From: Nitrospirota bacterium
Lineage (GTDB): Bacteria; Nitrospirota; Nitrospiria; JACQBZ01
Length of the DNA stretch: 64,000 bases
Direction of reading: 5' to 3'
Assembly: GCA_016201865.1 (NCBI GenBank)
Contig: JACQCA010000081.1
Location: 9,546 to 73,545, forward strand
Shown: piece after piece, positions 9,176 through 18,460 of the stretch
How the letters are laid out: every line of letters begins with the position of its first letter
Position numbering within the stretch: position 1 is the stretch's first letter
Made by a program: the position numbers and the translations under genes
Notes under the pieces: generated by a model
Told to the model about the DNA's origin: nothing
The model's input: only the letters and a program-made list of their open reading frames with translations
The model's database searches: none

Positions 9176-9844
9176 TTAAAAGGTATAGTTGGCCGCGACC
9201 GTCGGCCCGGCAAAGACATCCCGGTATCGCAAGCAAGACGATCCACAGGATTCCCCGCCCGAGGGATAATCGATCCGCCGGTACGCATACCCCACGACGC
9301 CCACGACGGGCCAACGGATACCGGCATAGCTGATCCCCCCTTCCAGAGAGAATCCCTGGATCAAGGCCGTATTCAGGTAGACGGCCGAGCGCGAATTCGG
9401 AAGAGGATAATCGATCAACAGGCCGATCCCGGCCGCGGCGAACTCGACCCGCCCGATGCAGCCCGCCACGCAGCCCCGGTCGGTTCGTTGAAGATGCCGC
9501 ACATAACCGATGTACGGGCTCGCCCATGTCTCGACGGAATATCCGACCGCCAGTTCCATCTCCGAAACGTCCACCTTCACTCCTTTAACAAAGACGGTGC
9601 TGCCGACGGCCGATTCTCCCGAGTCGACGAAGGTTCCCGCGGCGTAGCTTGCGCCGAGAAACAGGTGGCCGGATGCCGCATGGACGGTCAGACTCCGCAG
9701 CCATGCGGCATCCGTCGAGGGAGTCTCCGTGCGACGGCCGTTGATCTTCAAGGTCCGCGTCAATCCGGCATACTCCCCTTTAATCCCCAGCGCAAAATGG
9801 ATTTCATCGGCCGACGCCGGAACGGGAAGAAGACCCATGACCAT
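9176..9844 (-). CDS. Outer-membrane beta-barrel protein
   Basis: Signal peptide [12 protein letters not shown], alternating amphipathic strands and an aromatic C-terminus NYTF. The track ORF is extended at the 5' end. The start was chosen at MVMG. Confidence 0.6.
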   Translation of the reverse strand: MVMGLLPVPASADEIHFALGIKGEYAGLTRTLKINGRRTETPSTDAAWLRSLTVHAASGHLFLGASYAAGTFVDSGESAVGSTVFVKGVKVDVSEMELAVGYSVETWASPYIGYVRHLQRTDRGCVAGCIGRVEFAAAGIGLLIDYPLPNSRSAVYLNTALIQGFSLEGGISYAGIRWPVVGVVGYAYRRIDYPSGGESCGSSCLRYRDVFAGPTVAANYTF

Positions 9845-10076
9845 CGGAAGGATCGAGATCCATCCGGTCCTGCGGCATCTCCCCATCGTCAGGCATCGCT
9901 CCGGTTCATACGCAAGACTCCGTCCCATTCGTCATAACAAAGGCAGAGTTCTGCAATGTGGAATTTCTTCGAACTATAAGGGATTCCCCAATGATTGTCA
10001 AAGCAATTTTGACCCGAAAAAGACCTTGCCAAGTTCCGAGAAGTTCTGCCATAATGGGGCGGCGCAGGAGAGACGT

Positions 10077-10796
10077 ATGGCCCGATTGGGCGTCAACATC
10101 GATCACATCGCCACGTTGCGTCAGGCCCGGGGCGGCGTCGAGCCGGATCCGGTCGCGGCCGCCGTGTTAGTGGAATTGGCCGGCGCGGATGGCATCGTGG
10201 TCCATCTCCGCGAAGACCGTCGGCACATCAAGGACCGCGACCTGCACCTTCTCCGCGAGACGGTCCGGACCAAACTGGACCTGGAGATGGCCCCGGCGGA
10301 AGAGATCGTCAAGATCGCGTTGGACGTCAAGCCCCACATGGTCACGTTGGTTCCGGAACGGCGAGAGGAGCTGACGACGGAGGGCGGCCTGGAGGTCGCC
10401 GGGAATCGGGAATCGCTCCACGGCACGATCGCCCTCCTTCACGACGCCGGCATCGCGGTCAGCCTCTTCATCGCGCCCGACCTGAACCAGGTGAAGGCCG
10501 CCCACCGGGTCAGCGCCGACTATGTCGAGATCCATACCGGACGATACGTGAATGCCAAGCGCCTCATTGAACAGGACGCCGAATTCGAGGCGATCCGGCA
10601 ATCCGCCAAGCTGGCCTACAAACTGGGGATGGGCGTCAATGCCGGTCACGGCCTCAACTACCGAAACATCAAACGCCTCCTCCCGATCCAGGAGATCGTC
10701 GAGTACAACATCGGCCACAGCATCGTCTCACGGGCCGTGATGACGGGACTTCAACAGGCCGTGCGCGAAATGAAAGACCTGCTGAACAAAGGCTGA
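10077..10796 (+). CDS. pdxJ: Pyridoxine 5'-phosphate synthase
   Basis: [20 protein letters not shown]...[10 protein letters not shown]. The track ORF is extended at the 5' end; the start was set at MARLG. Confidence 0.9.
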   Translation: MARLGVNIDHIATLRQARGGVEPDPVAAAVLVELAGADGIVVHLREDRRHIKDRDLHLLRETVRTKLDLEMAPAEEIVKIALDVKPHMVTLVPERREELTTEGGLEVAGNRESLHGTIALLHDAGIAVSLFIAPDLNQVKAAHRVSADYVEIHTGRYVNAKRLIEQDAEFEAIRQSAKLAYKLGMGVNAGHGLNYRNIKRLLPIQEIVEYNIGHSIVSRAVMTGLQQAVREMKDLLNKG

Positions 10797-10816
10797 CCCC
10801 CGCGAAAAGATTTCCG

Positions 10817-10846
10817 TGCAGAGACAGGCCATGGCCTGTTTCTACT
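10817..10846 (+). terminator. Perfect palindrome ACAGGCCATGGCCTGT (followed by TTCT) between pdxJ and acpS
   Basis: Palindrome read directly from the sequence. It is a possible attenuator or terminator. Confidence 0.35.
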
Positions 10847-10876
10847 GTAAACAAACCCCGTAGCGCAAAAAATATT

Positions 10877-11290
10877 GTGGCGGACAAAATCATCATCGGC
10901 ATCGGAATCGATCTTGTGAAGAGCGACCGCATCAAGAAAGCCGTCCGGAAATGGGACAAGCGGTTCTTGAACCGAATCTTCACCCCCCTCGAACAGGAAT
11001 ACGCCTTCGCACACAAGGTTCCCTATCTTCATCTGGCCGGGCGGTTCGCCGTTAAAGAGGCCGTCATGAAGGCCCTCGGCACCGGCTGGAGCGGCGGCGT
11101 TCGTTGGAACGAGATCGGCGTGATCAACGAACCCGCCGATGGACCCGACCGATCCCGAACCGGAAAACCCCGTGTGGAGGTGGCCGGAAAGGTCAAGGCC
11201 CTCATGGACGAACGCGGCGTGAAAGAAATCCAGGTCAGCATCAGTCACGACACCGACTACTCGATCGCGCAGGTGGTCTTGATCGGATGA
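10877..11290 (+). CDS. acpS: Holo-ACP synthase
   Basis: IGIGIDLVKSDRIKKA...FAVKEAVMKALGTG. GTG start. Confidence 0.85.
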   Translation: MADKIIIGIGIDLVKSDRIKKAVRKWDKRFLNRIFTPLEQEYAFAHKVPYLHLAGRFAVKEAVMKALGTGWSGGVRWNEIGVINEPADGPDRSRTGKPRVEVAGKVKALMDERGVKEIQVSISHDTDYSIAQVVLIG

Positions 11291-11309
11291 TGAAGAGGAA
11301 ACGACTCGA

Positions 11310-12863
11310 GTGATTGCGGTCACCGCCCAGGAAATGAAGCTTTTGGATCGCCGGACGATCGAGGAGTTTCATATCCCGGCCGGCGTCCTGATGGAAAACG
11401 CCGGGCGCCGCGTCGTGGAAGAGATCGAGAACACGCAGGGACCCGTGAAAGGAAAGACCGTCGTCGTCGCGGCCGGAAAGGGAAACAACGGCGGCGACGG
11501 GCTGGTCGCCGCGCGATACCTTCACGAGCGATCGGCTCATGTCTTCGTCTTTCTGATCGCCCCGCCGGAGGCCATGACCGGCGAGGCCCGGGCCAACCTT
11601 GAGCGGTTTCAGAAACTATCGGGCCGATTCCATCTCTTAAAGGAAGAGACGCTCGGCGATCTGACCGAAGCGTTGTCCCACAGCGATTGGGTCGTGGACG
11701 CTCTTTTTGGAACCGGACTCGCATCGCCGGTCCAAGGCCTCGCGGCTAAGGTGATCGCCGCGATCAATGCCTCCGGAAAACCGGTCATGGCCGTGGACCT
11801 CCCCTCCGGAATCCATACCGACACCGGGCAGGTGATGGGGATCGCCGTCAAGGCCGCGGTGACCGTCACCTTTGCGCTTCCCAAACGCGGCCTGCTGCTG
11901 TATCCTGGTTCAGATTATACCGGTCGTTTGAAGATCGCGGATATCGGCATCCCGGAGGCCCTGATCCGCCGGCTCCCGGCCGCCGTCCAGTGGATGACCC
12001 CGTCCGAGGCGGCCGACTCGCTCAAGCGACGACCAATGAACGCGCACAAAGGAACCTTCGGCCATGTCCTCGTGATCGCGGGCTCTGTTGGAAAGGGCGG
12101 GGCGGCCGTCATGACCAGCCTGGCCGCGCTTCGGGTCGGGGCCGGCCTGGTCACGCTCGCGCTTCCGTCCGGTCTGGAAGCATCACTGCCCGACCGTCCG
12201 CTTGAGATCATGACGCTGCCGCTGCCCCAAACGGCCGACCGGTCGATCGGACGGGCCGCGCTCGAACCCCTGTTGAAGTTCGCACAGGACAAGACGGTCG
12301 CGGCCATCGGACCGGGGCTCTCGACTCATCCCGAAACGGTCAATGTCGTTCATGACCTGGTGACGCGGCTGACGATTCCGATGGTGATCGACGCCGACGG
12401 CCTGAACGCGCTGGTCGGCCGTCTCGATCTATTAAAACAGGCCCGCGCACCGGTCGTGTTGACGCCTCACCCCGGCGAGATGGCCCGGCTAATCGGGGTT
12501 CGTGTTCCGGAAATCCAGGCAGACCGGCTTGAGGTTTCGGCCGATTTTGTACGGCGCCATCCGGTGACGCTCGTTCTAAAAGGCGCGCAGACGATCATCG
12601 CCGCGCGATCCGGCCTCCTCACGATCAATCCGACCGGGAATCCCGGAATGGCCACGGCCGGGACGGGAGACGTCTTAACCGGTATGATCGCCGGTCTGAT
12701 CGCGCAGGGTTATGAGCCCGATCTTGCGGCCCGTTTGGGAGTCTATCTTCACGGCCGGGCCGGCGATCTGGCCGCTTCTGAAGTCGGCGAGGTCGGTTTT
12801 CTTGCGGGAGACCTGATCCAACGTATACCGGCCGTGATCTCAAAGGCGCTGGGTCCTGCATGA
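11310..12863 (+). CDS. nnr: Bifunctional NAD(P)H-hydrate epimerase/dehydratase
   Basis: YjeF N-terminal domain (GKGNNGGDGLVAARYL) plus a C-terminal dehydratase domain (GTGDVLTGMIAGLIAQG). Confidence 0.9.
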   Translation: MIAVTAQEMKLLDRRTIEEFHIPAGVLMENAGRRVVEEIENTQGPVKGKTVVVAAGKGNNGGDGLVAARYLHERSAHVFVFLIAPPEAMTGEARANLERFQKLSGRFHLLKEETLGDLTEALSHSDWVVDALFGTGLASPVQGLAAKVIAAINASGKPVMAVDLPSGIHTDTGQVMGIAVKAAVTVTFALPKRGLLLYPGSDYTGRLKIADIGIPEALIRRLPAAVQWMTPSEAADSLKRRPMNAHKGTFGHVLVIAGSVGKGGAAVMTSLAALRVGAGLVTLALPSGLEASLPDRPLEIMTLPLPQTADRSIGRAALEPLLKFAQDKTVAAIGPGLSTHPETVNVVHDLVTRLTIPMVIDADGLNALVGRLDLLKQARAPVVLTPHPGEMARLIGVRVPEIQADRLEVSADFVRRHPVTLVLKGAQTIIAARSGLLTINPTGNPGMATAGTGDVLTGMIAGLIAQGYEPDLAARLGVYLHGRAGDLAASEVGEVGFLAGDLIQRIPAVISKALGPA

Positions 12864-13369
12864 ATAAAACGAAGACGCGTCGCGCTCACCGTGAAGGAAC
12901 CGCCGACCAGGTCTTCATCAGCCGTTCACCGGAGGAGACGCGCGCGCACGGGGAAGCGATCGGGCGACTCCTGACCGGCGGCGAGCTGATCGCTCTGGAG
13001 GGCCCTCTCGGAACCGGGAAGACCCATCTGGTGCAGGGGCTGGCCCGCGGCCTCGGAATCACGGATCTTCCGATCACCAGTCCCACCTTCGTGTTCGTGC
13101 ATGAATTCCGAGGCCGCCGACCGCTCGCCCATGTGGACCTGTTTCGGATCGAGCGCGCGGAAGATCTGCCGGAACTCGGCATATTGGAATATCTTGACAG
13201 CCCATGGGTGGTTGCGATTGAATGGGCCGACAAGGCCGGACAGCTTCTGCCGGCCGAACGTCTGACGGTCCGGTTGGCCAACCAAGGCGAGACGATTCGG
13301 AGGATAGAGATCGAGGCAAGCGGCCCGCGGTATCAAACCTTATTAGAGGCTCTTGTAAAAAAGAAATGA
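12860..13369 (+). CDS. tsaE: tRNA t6A37 biosynthesis ATPase TsaE
   Basis: LEGPLGTGKTHLVQGLARGLG and PTFVFVHEF. 4-nt overlap with nnr. Confidence 0.85.
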   Translation: MNKTKTRRAHREGTADQVFISRSPEETRAHGEAIGRLLTGGELIALEGPLGTGKTHLVQGLARGLGITDLPITSPTFVFVHEFRGRRPLAHVDLFRIERAEDLPELGILEYLDSPWVVAIEWADKAGQLLPAERLTVRLANQGETIRRIEIEASGPRYQTLLEALVKKK

Positions 13370-14124
13370 GCGCCGCGAAGGAATCCGCAAAAATTATTCT
13401 GGACAACCTTCGAGCCTATATCCAGATGTACCGGGAATGGGGATTCGAAGGAGTGTCGGTGAAATGGCCAGTTCAGGACGACGTAGGGGCACGGCGCGCC
13501 GTGCCCCTACCAACAACCGTGCAGCCCACCGTACATTCGAATGCTGACGACCTGACCGCCCTTCGCGATGAGATCGGCGACTGCATGCGATGCAAGCTTT
13601 CTTCCGGTCGGACCCATCTCGTGTTCGGGACGGGCGATTCGGAGGCCGATCTGATGTTCATCGGTGAAGCGCCGGGCGAGGATGAAGACCGTCAGGGAAA
13701 ACCCTTTGTAGGCAAGGCCGGGCAGCTCCTCACCCGCATCATCGAGGCGATGGGACTCAAACGCGAGGAGGTCTATATCGCCAATATCATCAAATGCCGC
13801 CCGCCCGGAAACCGGAATCCGGAGCCGGATGAGATCGCAACCTGTTCCCCTTTCATCCAACGGCAAATCGAGATCCTGCGGCCCAAAGTGATCTGTGCGC
13901 TCGGAACCTTCGCGGCCCAGACCCTTCTGGGCACGGGACAGAAAATCTCCCAGCTCCGCGGACGATTTCATAATCTGCCGATCCTATTCTCCGACGGCTC
14001 ACCGGCCGGGATCAAAGTCATGCCGACCTTCCATCCGGCTTATCTTCTGAGAAACCCGGACGACAAAAAACGGGTCTGGGGCGATATGCAATTGATTATG
14101 CGTGAATTACGGAGTGACCGATGA
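13366..14124 (+). CDS. udg: Uracil-DNA glycosylase, family 4
   Basis: GEAPGEDEDRQGKPFVGKAGQLL and CMRCKL. ATGA overlap with tsaE. The track ORF at 13222 is an in-frame artefactual extension. Confidence 0.85.
   Translation: MSAAKESAKIILDNLRAYIQMYREWGFEGVSVKWPVQDDVGARRAVPLPTTVQPTVHSNADDLTALRDEIGDCMRCKLSSGRTHLVFGTGDSEADLMFIGEAPGEDEDRQGKPFVGKAGQLLTRIIEAMGLKREEVYIANIIKCRPPGNRNPEPDEIATCSPFIQRQIEILRPKVICALGTFAAQTLLGTGQKISQLRGRFHNLPILFSDGSPAGIKVMPTFHPAYLLRNPDDKKRVWGDMQLIMRELRSDR
13483..13508. repeat. Family B palindromic element inserted in-frame in the udg N-terminal region
   Basis: TAGGGGCACGGCGCGCCGTGCCCCTA. It is translated as DVGARRAVPLP and is a near-copy of the intergenic element at 23563. 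Confidence 0.6.
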
Positions 14125-14660
14125 AACAACTGTGGGCACCCTGGCGTATGCCCTATCTGAAGAACGATCAACCGAAGGGCTGCATCTTCTGCACAAAGAC
14201 CCGCCAGAACCATGACCGGTCCAACCTGATCCTGTACCGCGGTCGGCGGACTTTTGTGATGATGAATCTCTACCCCTACAGTAACGGGCATCTCCTCGTC
14301 TCGCCGTACCGCCACGTCGGTTCCATCGAGGAGCTCGACCCGACGACGCTCACCGACCTGATGCGGACCGCGCAACGGGCGCTCCGGGCGGTCCGGCTCG
14401 TCTTCAAGCCGGACGCCTTCAACCTCGGCATCAATCAGGGCCGCCAGGCCGGCGCCGGCATCGAGTCGCACGTCCATCTCCATATCGTTCCCCGCTGGAA
14501 CGGCGACACCAACTTCATGCCGGTCCTGACCGATACGCGCGTCATCCCGGAACATCTCGAATCCAGTTACGACAAACTACTCCCACTGTTTCAGGGCGCC
14601 CGACGAAAGACCAAGGCCCGCGGCCGGGCAAAAGCCGCAAAGAACAAGGTGAAAAGATGA
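14121..14660 (+). CDS. HIT-family nucleotide hydrolase/transferase
   Basis: Histidine triad HVHLHIVPR. ATGA overlap with udg. Confidence 0.85.
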   Translation: MKQLWAPWRMPYLKNDQPKGCIFCTKTRQNHDRSNLILYRGRRTFVMMNLYPYSNGHLLVSPYRHVGSIEELDPTTLTDLMRTAQRALRAVRLVFKPDAFNLGINQGRQAGAGIESHVHLHIVPRWNGDTNFMPVLTDTRVIPEHLESSYDKLLPLFQGARRKTKARGRAKAAKNKVKR

Positions 14661-14986
14661 TTCGTGTTCTGATTTTCACACTGATCCTGCTTCTGGGTTT
14701 TACCGTTGTCGTCAGGAACACCGAGCAGACGGTGGTGCTCCAGTATTTCTTCGGCCTGGCCACCCCGCCGCTTCCGGTCTACCAACTCGTCTCCGGCGCA
14801 TTCATCGCCGGGATGCTCCTGGCCGGTCTGCTCATTTTCCCGGAATGGATCCGGATGCGGCTGGAAATCCGGCGCCAGCGGAAGTCCCTGCAGCGCATCG
14901 AGGACGAAATGGCCCGCCTGCGTCCCCCGAGCCCCGCGATGAGTTCCAAACACCGAGAGTCCGCGACCGAAGGAGAAGAGTCTTAG
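14657..14986 (+). CDS. lapA: LapA-like (DUF1049) inner-membrane protein
   Basis: Two TM helices and a C-terminal coiled tail RRQRKSLQRIEDEMARL. ATGA overlap with HIT. Confidence 0.7.
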   Translation: MIRVLIFTLILLLGFTVVVRNTEQTVVLQYFFGLATPPLPVYQLVSGAFIAGMLLAGLLIFPEWIRMRLEIRRQRKSLQRIEDEMARLRPPSPAMSSKHRESATEGEES

Positions 14987-15067
14987 CGAGCGAGTTCTAC
15001 AGTCGCACATAAAGCTTGACGGATTCATACCATATAGTAGAAAATCCTGCCAAAGAGAAATGAGCAC

Positions 15068-15412
15068 TTGGGGAAAACCATGCAGGGCAATGATACAGCC
15101 AAAAGTGTCATCAGACGCATCGTTGACCGGATCGGCAAAGAATATCGGCCTGAACGGATTATTCTCTTCGGATCGTATGCATACGGAGAACCCGACCGGG
15201 ACAGCGACATTGATCTATTGATCATCAAGAGCACACCGGACCGGCCGATTGATCGCCGCGTCAAGGTAAGGCAGATTGTGTCGGATCCCCAGCGACTGAT
15301 CCCATTTGAGCCGCTGGTCCTCACGCCGAAAGAATTGAAGCGACGGTTGGATATCGGCGACCAATTCATACAGGAAATTTTGAATAAGGGCGAAGTTCTC
15401 TATGCCGCGTGA
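15068..15412 (+). CDS. Minimal nucleotidyltransferase (MNT-type antitoxin, Pol-beta superfamily)
   Basis: RIILFGSYAYGEPDRDSDIDLLII. Lower GC than the flanks. Confidence 0.85.
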   Translation: MGKTMQGNDTAKSVIRRIVDRIGKEYRPERIILFGSYAYGEPDRDSDIDLLIIKSTPDRPIDRRVKVRQIVSDPQRLIPFEPLVLTPKELKRRLDIGDQFIQEILNKGEVLYAA

Positions 15413-15475
15413 GGAATCCCGTTATCCAGACGATTGGTTCAGGGTTGGCCGGAAAGAACTCAGAGGATAAACAAC

Positions 15476-16915
15476 ATGCAACTTGACCCATTGCCGCTGC
15501 CAGCAGTGCAAGACAGTCCGGCGGCTTCGTCCGCGCTTCGAAAAGTCGACAAGCTGAATCGCGCAGCGGAGCGACGTTGGAAAGACAAGCTGATTATTGA
15601 AACTGCGCTTTCTCGATCGCTGGTGAGTTTCCAAGCCAACAAAGGCAGAGCAGTCTATCGCTGGTTCAAATATAAGGAAGCATTCTCCGCCGAAATGGTG
15701 GAGTATTTCCTGAACCGCTACAAGATTTCTAAAGGTGTCCTGATCGATCCATTCGCCGGAAGCGGCACGGCGCTTTTTGCGGCCGGTGCTTTCGGAATGA
15801 AGGCCGAGGGCATTGAGTTGTTGCCCATCGGGCAGACGGTCATTGCAACCAAGCAGCTTATTGATTGGGAAATTCGGCAGCAAGATGTAGAGCGTGTGGC
15901 TTTGTGGCTACAAGAGCAGCCTTGGAAGAATCATGCCGTTGTGAAACCGATCAACGAACTCCGGATTACTCGCGGCGCATATCCAAAAGAAACGGTTGTG
16001 GCAATGGGCAGATTTCTCGGTGCTTCCGAGCAAGAAAGCCAACATGTCAAGACCGTTCTACTTTTCGCGCTTCTCTGCGTCCTCGAATCCATCAGCTACA
16101 CCAGAAAAGATGGGCAGTACCTCCGTTGGGACTATCGCTCCGGTAGGCGGATAGGAAAGAAAGTTTTCGACAAGGGCGAGATTCTATCGTTCGATAAAGC
16201 CATTACCATGAAATTGCAGGAGATCGTTACTGACCTTCGTTCCGCAGAAATGCCTGAAGACTTGTTTAAACCGCTTCGAGCGCGCACTGAAATTGCCCTG
16301 CATTCAGGTTCATGTCTCAACATTTTGCCGCAACTTGCGGCTGGCACCTACGATTGTCTAATTACTTCACCGCCCTATTGTAATCGCTATGACTACACGC
16401 GGACTTACGCGCTTGAGCTTGCATTGCTCGGAGTAGATGAAGAAGGCCTGCTTAAACTCAGGCAGGAAATGCTCAGTTGCACCGTTGAAAACAGAGCCAA
16501 GGACCTCTTGGCAATGAATCCGAATTGGAAATCTGCGATTGAGTCGGCTGACCGACATAAGCTGCTTCAATCCATTCTTGAATATCTTGAATCAGAGAAG
16601 GAACTCGACCTCTTAAATAACGACGGCATCCCACGAATGGTTCGGGGATACTTCTATGAGATGGCCTGTGTCATTGCTGAGTGTGCTCGCATTTTGAAGC
16701 CTGGAGCCCCGCTTATTATGGTGAATGACAATGTCCGATACCAAGGCGCAAGTGTATCGGTGGACATCATTCTCACAGAGATTGCGGAGCGCCTGGGCTT
16801 TACCGCAGAACAGATTCTCGTCTTGCCGAACGGAAAGGGAAACAGCAGCCAACAAATGGGCGCGCACGGCCGGGAGCCGCTAAGGAAATGTGTCTATGTC
16901 TGGCGGAAGGCCTGA
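15476..16915 (+). CDS. SAM-dependent amino-methyltransferase, probably a DNA N4-cytosine or N6-adenine methyltransferase; paralogue 1
   Basis: Motif I LIDPFAGSGTALFAA sits ~200 aa before motif IV LITSPPYCNRYDYTRTY, which is alpha-class order. RBS GAGGA precedes ATG 15476. ~52% GC. Confidence 0.6.
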   Translation: MQLDPLPLPAVQDSPAASSALRKVDKLNRAAERRWKDKLIIETALSRSLVSFQANKGRAVYRWFKYKEAFSAEMVEYFLNRYKISKGVLIDPFAGSGTALFAAGAFGMKAEGIELLPIGQTVIATKQLIDWEIRQQDVERVALWLQEQPWKNHAVVKPINELRITRGAYPKETVVAMGRFLGASEQESQHVKTVLLFALLCVLESISYTRKDGQYLRWDYRSGRRIGKKVFDKGEILSFDKAITMKLQEIVTDLRSAEMPEDLFKPLRARTEIALHSGSCLNILPQLAAGTYDCLITSPPYCNRYDYTRTYALELALLGVDEEGLLKLRQEMLSCTVENRAKDLLAMNPNWKSAIESADRHKLLQSILEYLESEKELDLLNNDGIPRMVRGYFYEMACVIAECARILKPGAPLIMVNDNVRYQGASVSVDIILTEIAERLGFTAEQILVLPNGKGNSSQQMGAHGREPLRKCVYVWRKA

Positions 16916-17162
16916 GCGAATGGCGAAGCCCTATCGTCAGCATCTGAAGTCCGGCAAGGATTTAGAAACCACCTATGAAGCTATTCGAGCGGGGTTTGTT
17001 ACGGGGTGTATTTTGATTGGGGACCGGATTCGAAAACTTATCACTCGCATGTGGACGTATACTCAATTCCAGATTTGCCAGAGCACATCTAACTCGCGCT
17101 GGAGCGACCGCATTTAGCAGGCGGCTTAGCTTAGCGGTTGGTTCTAATGATGAGAGAATGAA

Positions 17163-18458
17163 ATGAAGACGCAATTAACCTTCTTTAGTGAGGCAGAAGC
17201 TCCCACCGCGAACTTGAAAGCCTCGCGCTCCGGAACCTTCCTCGATAATATGTCTCTCCCCATTCATCGTTGGTTCCGATACTCCGCGGGTTTTTCAGCG
17301 CAATGGGTTGAGCGGGTTCTTGATGATTGGCAAATTGATTCTCGTCACATTGTGCTTGATCCCTTTGCTGGATCGGGCACCGTGTCCGTTGTGTGCGACA
17401 CACGAGGGATAAGAAGCATCGGCATTGAAGCCCATCCTGTTGTTGCCCGGGCATGCAAAGCAAAACTGAGTTGGGCAACCTTAATTGAGCGATTTTCCGC
17501 TTTTGCGGAACAGACCGTTAAGTCGGCTAAGCTCTCCCCGGCGGCTTTGTCACAATACCCCAGCCTGATACAGCGCAGCTTTGATCCGGATTCGCTCGCC
17601 GTCTTGGACTCGCTCAAAACCGCTTGGTTCTCCCTTAATGATGAATCACACGAATCCGAACTCGTCTGGCTCGCAATAACGGCCGTTTTGCGCGCCTGCT
17701 CGAAAGCAGGCACTGCCCAATGGCAATATATTCTGCCTAATAAATCAAAAGCGAACGTCGCTTTCCCCGACATAGCATTTCGCCGGCAGATTGAAATGAT
17801 GAAACTAGATATGCGATGGATGCAGAACCGGGTCAAAGAATCACTTGGAGAAGTGATTTCAACCGATGCAAGGCATTGTTCAGACTCCATCACCCACAAA
17901 GTCGACGCAGTCATCACCTCTCCTCCCTATGCAAACAACTATGATTATGCCGATGCGTTGCGCTTTGAAATGACCTTCTGGGGTGAGGTTAACGGATGGG
18001 GTGATATTCACGACAAAGTAAGGAAGTACCTCATGGTATCGTCATCCCAACATTCATCCCATGACAAGCTTGATGCGGAATCCTTGCTTTCACTGTCTAT
18101 GGTCGAGCCGATTCGGAAGGAACTGACGTCCGTCGTTCATGAGTTGTCGCGCGTCCGAGAAATGCATGGAGGCAAGAAAAATTACCATACGATGGTGGCG
18201 GCATACTGCCGGGATATTTCATTGGTGTTGCATCAACTCCGTCGGGTTTGCAGGAAAGGTGCGAAGATGTGCTGGGTCATTGGTGATTCAGCCCCTTATG
18301 GAGTGTATTGCCCGATTGAAAAATGGATCGGCGAACTCGCCCTTGCCGCCGGCTTTGACAGCTATACTTTCAAGAAGCTCAGAGATAGAAATATCAAATG
18401 GAAAAACAGAAAACATCGAGTTCCACTGAAGGAAGGACTCCTTTGGATTGAGGGTTAA
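17163..18458 (+). CDS. SAM-dependent amino-methyltransferase, paralogue 2
   Basis: VLDPFAGSGTVSVV ... VITSPPYANNYDYADA. It shares the N-terminal box HRWFRYSAGFS with paralogue 1 (YRWFKYKEAFS). Confidence 0.6.
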   Translation: MKTQLTFFSEAEAPTANLKASRSGTFLDNMSLPIHRWFRYSAGFSAQWVERVLDDWQIDSRHIVLDPFAGSGTVSVVCDTRGIRSIGIEAHPVVARACKAKLSWATLIERFSAFAEQTVKSAKLSPAALSQYPSLIQRSFDPDSLAVLDSLKTAWFSLNDESHESELVWLAITAVLRACSKAGTAQWQYILPNKSKANVAFPDIAFRRQIEMMKLDMRWMQNRVKESLGEVISTDARHCSDSITHKVDAVITSPPYANNYDYADALRFEMTFWGEVNGWGDIHDKVRKYLMVSSSQHSSHDKLDAESLLSLSMVEPIRKELTSVVHELSRVREMHGGKKNYHTMVAAYCRDISLVLHQLRRVCRKGAKMCWVIGDSAPYGVYCPIEKWIGELALAAGFDSYTFKKLRDRNIKWKNRKHRVPLKEGLLWIEG

Positions 18459-18460
18459 TC

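Noticed and set aside
13222-13365. A 5' extension of the udg ORF overlapping tsaE
   Set aside because: It is in a different frame from tsaE and overlaps it. ATG 13366 forms the typical ATGA coupling with the tsaE stop.
16890-17117. A 65-75-aa ORF between the two methyltransferases (MAKPYRQHLKSGKDLETTYEAIRAGFVTG...)
   Set aside because: No HTH or other recognisable motif, so it does not look like a C-protein. It could be a real small gene or a remnant. Evidence is insufficient to call it.
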